A stretch of 64,000 bases of DNA, taken from NCBI RefSeq assembly GCF_006345805.1, contig NW_021833584.1, forward strand, positions 8,091 through 72,090, given 5' to 3'. Shown one piece after another: positions 54,442 through 64,000 of this stretch (positions are counted from its first letter, which is position 1; each line of letters begins with the position of its first letter). Position numbers and translations under genes: made by a program. The DNA comes from Octopus sinensis (taxonomy: Eukaryota). Below the pieces are notes generated by a model, which saw only the letters and a list, made by a program, of their open reading frames with translations, did not search any database and was not told the DNA's origin.

Positions 54442-55564
54442 AAATCTATAATACGTTAATCAAAATTTCAATCGCCGAAAGCATTCATGAAATTGGTCAG
54501 TAAGGAATAGAACTAGAATATCGAAACTTTACCGTTTATGAACTTTTCATTGAAAAGTTGGACAACTACAACGCAAGGGCGGTTAAACCAAGATTACTGT
54601 GTAAATCCCTGTCAATAATGATTTGAAATAGCTTCAGGCCTATGGTTTGAACTCTCATATCGATAGACGTCGTAATACGGCCAGTCTAGGGAATTTGTAT
54701 TACAACATCTGAAATATGAATAGAAACAGTTTGAAACCCTTACATAAATCTGAACTAAATAATAGCTTATTTGAAATCAACACAGGCAAACGCAAAAATT
54801 TTTTATATTGGATGATGAGTAGAATTATACTCCAATAGATTACATAAACCGATTAAAAAATCCTGGAAGTTCTAATCCGAAACTGAATGACTAATATGGT
54901 GGGCCTCAATCAAGAAGATTTAGTCACTAAATATGCAAATGAAGAGCTGTTTTGGGATCATAATGGTAACGCCTACTTTGACTGTAGAAGAACTATGACA
55001 GTTTCTGTCCAAGTAATACTCAGTAGCAATAGAATTAAAGCAACATGTTTTTTGGGGTTTTCTTCAGATTTTATGTAGTCTCCGTTCCTCCGAAAATTTT
55101 TAAGTGATTAAATTAGTATCACATCTTTTGTAGCTCGAGGGAAATCTCTAACATCTATGCAGTGAAATTTGCGTCTACCATTAAGCTAATTCAAGACAAT
55201 CATATAGCAGCAATTAATATTAAGAACCAAATTTTGGTAGGTAATAAGTAATGTGGATTTAATTACTCCATTACTAATTGAAATCTTATGTATACAGTGA
55301 ATATTATATCTCATTATTATATAGCTATAGCTAATACTACGATAATTGCGTCTCCTAACGCCAGAAATCGAAGAAAATGTTGCTTCAGGTACTATTTCGA
55401 ATAAGATGTGTAACTATGGAGATATTACTGGATGCCGCCTCATAAAGAACATTACGCTATAGACGTTACTGGATTGAGAATTAAATTTGAATCACATAAC
55501 CATTTAAATTCTTTGGAGAATGAAACCAAACCTTTAGAACCCCGTTAGTTAAAATATATAAAGA

Positions 55565-55725
55565 AAGAATATTAGATTATTTACAATTGAGGGATATTTG
55601 TCCTCATCTTGTTTGGTATTAACAAAACGTTTCGGCTGATATACCCTCCAGCCTTCATCAGGTGTCTTGGGGAAATTTCGAACCTGGGTTCTCATTCCTA
55701 ACGTATTTTTCGATGTTATTCCAAT
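55565..55725 (-). mobile_element. Penelope-type terminal repeat fragment with hammerhead motif (55622-55665)
   Basis: ACAC CUGAUGA A GGCUG-GAGGGUAUAU-CAGCC GAAA CG UU UUGU; palindromic AACGUU stem III; abuts (ATT)n. Confidence 0.75.
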
Positions 55726-55740
55726 TATTATTATTATTAC

Positions 55741-55782
<42 letters not shown>

Positions 55783-57553
55783 TACTACTATTATTATTAT
55801 TATCATTACTTTGGTTTTAACTTTGATTTATGTCTTACTTCATCAGGGTATTTTTCTTTATTGTCCCACCATTAATCTGAGAATATATAGTAATAATCCG
55901 CCGTCTCTGAGCTTTTCCGAATCCGCCCCTTGTTCATCTAGGGTGTATATACAATAAATTAAATTGCCCCTTGCTTGTAATTTGTGACCGTAGCTGTTTA
56001 CTAAAGAATTAATGTTTAGAACTATTAAGAGAAGCTGTTTTAATATTCAGACTACTACTAGCGCCAATTTCTGTCAATGTCAAAACCTAACGCTTATTAT
56101 ATATTCTTGTCTTCCATATAAATCCATCCTTAGAATATTTAATAGAGTAATTTCCAGCAGGAATTTTACAGCGCCACCTCTTGCCGAACAATTATTCTAT
56201 GTTGATGAAGGGAAATAACCCGGAAATCGTGATACACAGATATTGTTTTGATTTAAGATGGGGTGCTAAATGCCCTTGTTCGAAAATACTAGGACACAGA
56301 TCGTGTTGTATAGCCAGCTGGAGACGATGTCTCCTGGGGTCAAATTACAGCAACATTCGTCCTAAACCAGGACTGCCATTTTAGGATCGCAAATAATCTT
56401 TACTCTGTAATTTCTGCTAACCCTAAACCGTCATCAGCGTGTGACAATCACGAGTTGTCGATGAAAAGTAGGCCTCCCTTCGCAAATATATCCTTTTACC
56501 AGTGACGAAGAGTCACTGATATCGAAAAAGTGTAAACAAGCAATAACAAATCTCTGAGCGAGGTATAAACAGAAGCTGCACGACAATCTGAAGTATATTT
56601 GCCACTTAAATGTGGCTACCCACTAAGTGTAGATGCTGCTGTAGCTTGTAGCCCCAGGAGGACACCTCCTCCATCTGGCTATTGACACACTTTCTGTGCC
56701 CTATCAATATTTGTAAAGGGAAGCTATCCTTCCGGCCTTCAACCTATGATACACACGGACTCGAGTTCCTGAGTATTAACCCGTCATCATCGTGTGACAA
56801 TCATGAGGTGTCGATGAAAAGTAAGCCTCCCTTTGCAAATATATATCCTTTTTCCAGTGACGAAAAGTCACTGATATCGAAAAAGTGTAAACAAGCAATA
56901 ATAAATCTCTGAGCGAGGAATAGACAGTAGCTGCACGACATCGTGAAGTATATTTGCCACTTAAATGTAAATTCTCAATTCGAATTTTTGCCTGAACTGG
57001 CGTGGGAAGCAAAGTTGGTAGAGAAACAATTGTAACGAAACATTAAGGATGTGTTGAAGGATTTCTTTGTCTTCTTATTATTTGAATTATATATGCGTGT
57101 ATGTGTGTATCTGTGTGTGCGTGTGTGAGTAGGGATATATGTTTGTTTTACATATATGTATGTCTGCTTGTGTGTTTGTGCCTGTGGTGTACACTGTCTC
57201 CAAAAGCTATATAACTGGGCAAAAAGTATCGATATAGTAAGAAACAGGATTAGAAAAAGAAAAAAAAAAAGAAATAGAGTTAGATTGCTTCGGTTAAACA
57301 CTTCAAGGCGGTTCCACAGCATGGCTAAAGTCCAATGAGAAAAACAAGTAAAAGATATATATTCAATTCAATGCAGATAAACCAAATAACACACACAAAT
57401 AAAAAAAAAACAGAAAAATTAACAAATAAAACGGGAAAACAAATCAAAAAGACTGCAAAGCAAACCCGATTAATTTATTGATTGCAGACACCAATTATTA
57501 TCATTATTATTTTTTTTATTGTCATTATTATTATTATTATTATTGGTATTATT

Positions 57554-57606
<53 letters not shown>

Positions 57607-57625
57607 CATTATTATTTTTTTATTG

Positions 57626-57668
<43 letters not shown>

Positions 57669-57831
57669 CATTTTCATTTATTTTTTTTCTTCATATTCCA
57701 TTAGTCTAATTATAGTACCTTTATCGAATTATCGATACCAGACGAAATTTCTATTGTATTTCATTCGAAGTTTGTCTTCTCCCCCACTTCTGTTTTTGTT
57801 TTTGTTTGTTTTGTTTTTTGTTTTGTTTTGT

Positions 57832-57863
<32 letters not shown>

Positions 57864-58010
57864 GGTTCTTCGTTCTTCTCCTCAACTAATATTATGATCG
57901 TACTGAAACACAATATTGCTTTCTTTTGTTTAGGAGAAGAAGAAAAAAAAAGTGGAATATTAATATAAAAAATAGCCACCGTTTTTTATTATAAATACCG
58001 GAAATATATA

Positions 58011-58047
<37 letters not shown>

Positions 58048-58067
58048 CATACGTATATGTATATATG

Positions 58068-58099
<32 letters not shown>

Positions 58100-59330
58100 T
58101 ATAATATATGTATATATACATGTATATTTATGAGTATATATTTATGTCTATGTCTATCTATCCATCTGTATGTATGTTTGTGTGTGTGCATGTGTGTGTG
58201 TGTGTAAGTGTGTACTCTGAAGTCAAGTGAATCGACCCGTTTGATTCTTCCCCATTATATTCCGCGCCAAACAGAAGAACCTTTAATTTATGTGCTTGAC
58301 CTGCTAAGATACAGAAGTGAAATGATATTGGATAAAGTATTCTGAGACGGTAACTATGTGTGAGGAAAGGAAATGTTCGGTCACGGTTAGAAACATCATT
58401 GATTGTATGTCTCTTTAACTTGAACTGACCTTGGGCTAAAAACCACAGAAAACTTATGGATAGATTGTCTGAAATATTAGCCCAATACCTCTCGAATATA
58501 ATGTTACCAATATTGGAAGAACTTATAAAAGAACGTACTGTGGCTGAGAATTCGGTGTAATCATGTATGGAGTGTCTTGACAATGAACGCTTTCTTGATC
58601 CTAAACAACTCGAAAAAGTAAAATAACGATTAGAAAATTACTATTTTGAAATATCACAACGAGAGATATTCAGGAACAGTATTCGTAATAAAGATTGTTT
58701 GCCAACATAACATGGCAGTCCTGGTTTAGGACGAAATGTTGGTGTAATTTAGTCCCAGAAGACATCGTCTCCAGTTGGATATACAACACGATCTGTGTCC
58801 TTATATTTTCGAACAAGGGGCTAAATTACAGCAACATTTGTCCTAAACTAGGACTGCCATGTTATGTTGTCAAATAATCTTTACTATAAAATAATAATGT
58901 AATTAGAAAATTACTATTTTCAAATCTCACAACGTGAGATATTCAGTAACAGTACTTTGTAAACAACCTTTACAACAAAGTATTGAGGAAAGGATCGCTT
59001 GAATTGTTTCCTCTCCCAGAATTGCATTCCAATGTTAGTTCAAATGCTATCGACATCTACTCTCCATTCTATTTTCTGCAAGTATACATATATGTTCAGT
59101 GTACCTATATGTACGTTGTACACATTGTACGCATGTGGGGACATAGGTAACATATATGGTAACGAACAGCTTTCTTCGTGGGATCGGCTTGAAAAATTGT
59201 TAAAATGTTAGAATACTTTCGTACTTTCTTAGCATGAAAACAATGGTAACTTTAATTCATAAATAAAGAAATTACATCCCCCAATGCAGGCTTGAGCACT
59301 CACTTTCATCGTTCGACATATATATATATG

Positions 59331-59423
<93 letters not shown>

Positions 59424-59590
59424 TAGTTTATACCTAACTAGACTCACATTCTTTATTATGATGCTCGTATATCTCATATATATATACATATATATATATA
59501 TATTATATTAAATTAGAGATAAAACCACTATTAGGCAAATCATACAATGAAACGATCGTAGTGTTATATTAAATATATATTATATTATTA

Positions 59591-59621
<31 letters not shown>

Positions 59622-60277
59622 ATATATATAATATATATATTAATATATTATATATATATAATGTATCCGATATAATTTTCTGGTATTTCCTTTATCAAGT
59701 CCTCTGTAATAATAATTTACTTTTTTGTTCATACGGCTTGCACTCAGGAGAACAGTGATGTATAATTAATTTAATTTAATCAAATTAAGTTAATTATTTC
59801 TATTCTACCATTAATTTGCATGTTTTAATATATCTAATATTTATATTTAATATGTTTTACTTTGCTATAATTCATTTGCTATAATTCAGCTGTAGACATG
59901 AGTTGAGACGTCACTGGTGCTAAGCTGTATACACACTCAGCTAAATTATATAAAACCTTTTGGACAGGTTTATGACTTCACTATGTTACTAAGGAAATTT
60001 GCAGTTAGATTTACTTCCCTAAATTTATATAATGAAAGACCAGAGTAATGCACACTGGTAGCATATATCTTAGTACGAATCGAACAGCTTCTGTTCATTG
60101 TCTTACGCAAAGACCTGGCAATGACGTCCAAAATCGAATTTGTATACACATATTGCATCATACGCATTGGGTTATTTTGTCTTGTTTATTATGTAAAATT
60201 ATTGACATATATTGTCTATTATGTATCTCATTTGTTGAGCCGTACTTATCTATCTATCGTACTTATCTATCTATCTG

Positions 60278-60377
<100 letters not shown>

Positions 60378-60713
60378 ATCTATCTAATCTATCTATCTAT
60401 CTAATCTATCTATCTATCTAATCTATCTATCTATCTCCGTGTCTGTCTATCTATCGATCCATTTATCTATCTGTCAGTCTGTCTGTCTCCTTTTCTTTCT
60501 AAGTATCCATAAACACACGCACACAGACACAGACACCCACAGACACACACACACACACACTCACATGCACACACACAAACATTCACACATACACAGACAC
60601 ACATATAAACATATTCACGAATTGGTTTCCAACATCCTGAGGCGATTCATGTCATTATTCTTCTCTTTCTTTTATTATTATCATCATCATTATTATCATT
60701 ATTATTACTATTA

Positions 60714-60786
<73 letters not shown>

Positions 60787-60817
60787 TATCATCATCATCA
60801 TCATCATCATCATCATT

Positions 60818-60851
<34 letters not shown>

Positions 60852-61517
60852 ACATCATCATCATCATTGTTACGATTATAAATATATGAAATGAATGATG
60901 ATATTTTCTTTATTAAAAAATATTATCAATGCGTCAATAATTAATATTATGTCATAATATTCAAACTGTGAACAGCGCTGCATGTATTCATATATTATAT
61001 TTCCGCATATAAAGACATATTTGCGTAACATACGTCAAAGATATACATCAATCTGGATTATTCTTGTCTTGCTTTTAATGGTGACCGCATCAAATGCACT
61101 GGAAACTGGCTTAACTAATGTAATTGGACACCGCCATATAGAATAGTTAAAAATTGCACGGTGGAGATTCGTCTCTGAAAGTGAGAAATATATTTTGTTT
61201 GGTATACTCCTTCGTTAAACCTTTATATTTTAAGGAAGATCACATCGCTCTCAGACTGACTACAAAGTCTAAGATTTGCCAGAGTGCATATGGTTCTGGG
61301 CACTATTAGCTTCTATCATTGAAAACTCTACCAAAAATGACCCTATGCTAAGGATATATGAGGACAATACACAAGTCTGGGAGTTCGTATTCTGTCATGA
61401 TTCACCAGTGTTCGTTACGATGGAAAATGTCAAATAGTCTTCTAAATTCCACAGACATTTTTGCAGAGAGCATGACGCTGTTCCTAAGACTTGACCTGTA
61501 TTTGAATCATTGTCACC

Positions 61518-61562
<45 letters not shown>

Positions 61563-61580
61563 TCTCTCTCTCTCTCTTTC

Positions 61581-61625
<45 letters not shown>

Positions 61626-61925
61626 TTAAGGCCGATCTGAGTTTCGCGCTGAAATTCCCTTTGAAGGTTTACGATCAGCTCAGCTGGGTTAAAATTACGC
61701 TGGGGAATATATTTCCAACAAGCGATTGACAGCAGAAATGCGTAAATTGTCATCTAAGTTCCTGCTTCTATATATGGACAGTTGATGCGTCGCATAAAAC
61801 CGGTTGGATGTAGTCCAAGCATCACATTAAATAGAAGATCAGACAGACATCGGGTGGAATCTTATATAATGAAGATACAATGGCCTTCTTCACAGAATAA
61901 CTGATATTTTAAATATAGGTTTATG

Positions 61926-62183
61926 ATATTTTAAATATTCTGTGATGCAGCATTTTCAAAGAGACATGAACCGAGATGAACTCTTCTCAGATTATGAAGT
62001 ATAATAGCTGTCTTGCACAAGCAGAAATCAAACCGTTCTGCACAGAATAACCATTAGCAATTTCAGCAAAGAACGGTCTGATTTCTGCTTGTGCAAGACA
62101 GCTATTATAGCTCATAATCTGAGAAGAGTTCATCTCGATTCATGTCTCTTTGAAAATGTTGAATCATAGAATATTTAAAATAT
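61926..62183. repeat. Long inverted repeat: about 114-bp arms, 30-nt loop
   Basis: 61926-62039 pairs with 62070-62183 with about 7 mismatches by manual count. Confidence 0.93.
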
Positions 62184-62481
62184 AATTTCTTTGCTTGTCT
62201 ACAGTATTGGTTGCTGGATAACAACGCTACCGAACGATTCATGTCCTAGAACATCGGAAGCGTTCACATATCCCTATTCTGTCGAAATCTAGGTTTCCGT
62301 AATTAACCCACCAAATGTGTCTAGAAAAACGTTCTAGTAGAGAAACACGAACGTTTATATTACTGTTCAGAAAAACGAATGTAATTCTTGAGGGGGCAAT
62401 ATTCTTTTAGAGTAAGTAAATGTTGCGTAGGTAAAAGCAAGACCAAACATTTTAGAAGACGGAAAGACATTCAATCATACC

Positions 62482-62715
62482 TATTTCTTTATTACCCACA
62501 AGGGGGCTAAACATAGAGGGGACAAACAAGGACAGACATAGGTATTAAGTCGATTACATCGACCCTAGTGCGTAACTGGTACTTAATTTATCGACCTCGA
62601 AAGCATGAAAGACAAAGTCGACCTTGGCGGAATTTGAACTCAGAACGTAATGGCAGACGAAATACTGCTAAGCATTTCGCCCGGCGTGCTAACGATTCTG
62701 CCAGCTCGCCGCCTT
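62482..62715 (-). mobile_element. Full-length SINE-B with 15-bp TSD
   Basis: TSD acattcaatcatacc at 62467-62481 and 62716-62730. Confidence 0.92.
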
Positions 62716-63016
62716 ACATTCAATCATACCGAGACTTGTAAGTTACGGAGGGAAAGCCAATATGGAAGACACACAGTATAATAAATAATAAATTAATAGT
62801 AGTATAAATGTAGTATAAGACAGTTTAAATATTAACTAATTTTGATTGAAATTGATGTGTGAGCGCTTGGACATTCGGATGAGCAAGGAGCCCTATAAGC
62901 GTTGATTTGTGGGTTCGGTTCTGCCTGAGGTTAGCTCATCATTTTTCAGTTATTTGTCTGTATTTAAAATTTCGCTTCCAATGGGAGAATACATATTATT
63001 ATCATAAACTATTATA

Positions 63017-63078
<62 letters not shown>

Positions 63079-63079
63079 G

Positions 63080-63295
63080 ATCCAAACAAGAAAGCACAAA
63101 AAAACACAACAACCCGAGGACGTGGAACAAATATAGCATTATTGGACGCTCAGGAAAGAAGGAAAGAAGGAGGGTTTAACGTTTCGAGCGCAGCTCTTTG
63201 TCAGAAACATAGGAGAAGGAAAGATCCAGAGAAGGGAAGACAGAGGAAAAAATATCGCCAACGGTACACACGAGGTCACATTTTGAAACAAATAT
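63080..63295 (-). mobile_element. Penelope-type terminal repeat fragment with degenerate hammerhead (63174-63208)
   Basis: GUUU CUGACAA A GAGC-UGC-GCUC GAAA CG UU AAAC; G8A without a compensating change at C3. Confidence 0.6.
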
Positions 63296-63469
63296 ATATA
63301 TATACACATATAGATATATGAATATATATATGTGAATGTGTTTTTGTGTGTGTGTATGTCATTAGTCAGGTTTATTGCAAGATTTCTTGCCAATAGAGAA
63401 AGAGCCGGTTTTTAATTTCAGACCCAAGGACCCTTCATTGGAATTTCAACTGCATCAACAGTGTATTTT

Positions 63470-63504
<35 letters not shown>

Positions 63505-63532
63505 CTCTCTATGTATGTATGTATTTATGTAT

Positions 63533-63580
<48 letters not shown>

Positions 63581-64000
63581 AAGTACAGATTTGTATGTTT
63601 TATTTAGTGTATGTCTTCTCATGCATATACTTGCATATCTATACATGCTCGTACGTATGTATGTACGTGTGTGCTTTTATGTGTGTATGTATGCATTCAT
63701 GCACTCAGTTTAATCTAACTTGTTCGCAGTGTCTGCGTCAGCAATACAATAACATCAAAGCAACAATAACTATGGACAAAGGAAATCAGTCTAATTTAAA
63801 TTAGTTTTTTCTCAAGAAAGATCTCTATCCGTTGTCATTAATATTTTGTCAGAATGAAAAGGAATTTTACATTTACTGTAAAAATTTATTGTAAGACTCC
63901 GGAACTTACATATGAACTATGCTCACATGATGGTTATCAATACTTAGAAAGACAAATGAAGAGAGATACAAATTTAGAATGAACGTCAGCATAGTGAATC

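Noticed and set aside
58220-58560. Coding-looking plus-strand stretches (EPLIYVLDLLRYRSEM..., LMDRLSEILAQYL...)
   Set aside because: Broken by stops and frameshifts, with no recognisable domain; would need tblastx to assess.

Overview
AT-rich eukaryotic genomic DNA, not prokaryotic. The repeat families and the extreme microsatellite load suggest an octopus (cephalopod) genome; this is inferred from recalled repeat families, not from a database search. I found no host protein-coding exon I can support, and nearly all ORFs in the supplied track are translations of (TA)n, (CA)n, (TATG)n, (GATA)n, (AAT)n, (GAT)n and (AGT)n tracts. The real coding remnants are from transposable elements: two Penelope-like elements with GIY-YIG endonuclease remnants, two Tx1/L1-clade LINE 3' ends in tandem around a (GATA)n tract, a nest of R4/Dong-type (restriction-like endonuclease) LINE fragments in (AAT)n, an RTE-clade 3' end with an open reading frame ending in three C2H2 zinc fingers and bounded by (TATG)n, a Tc1/mariner fragment, and a hAT MITE with a perfect 8-bp TSD. 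At least three tRNA-headed SINE families (called A, B and C here) occur in many copies. The most notable signals are: different retroelement clades each sitting in a different microsatellite; six minimal type-I hammerhead ribozyme motifs, one with a compensatory U3-A8 core; SINE-B insertions whose TSDs share a GGTAT terminal motif that may also explain a self-nested tandem array; and long local inverted duplications able to form dsRNA. Coordinates were counted by hand and may be off by a few bases.
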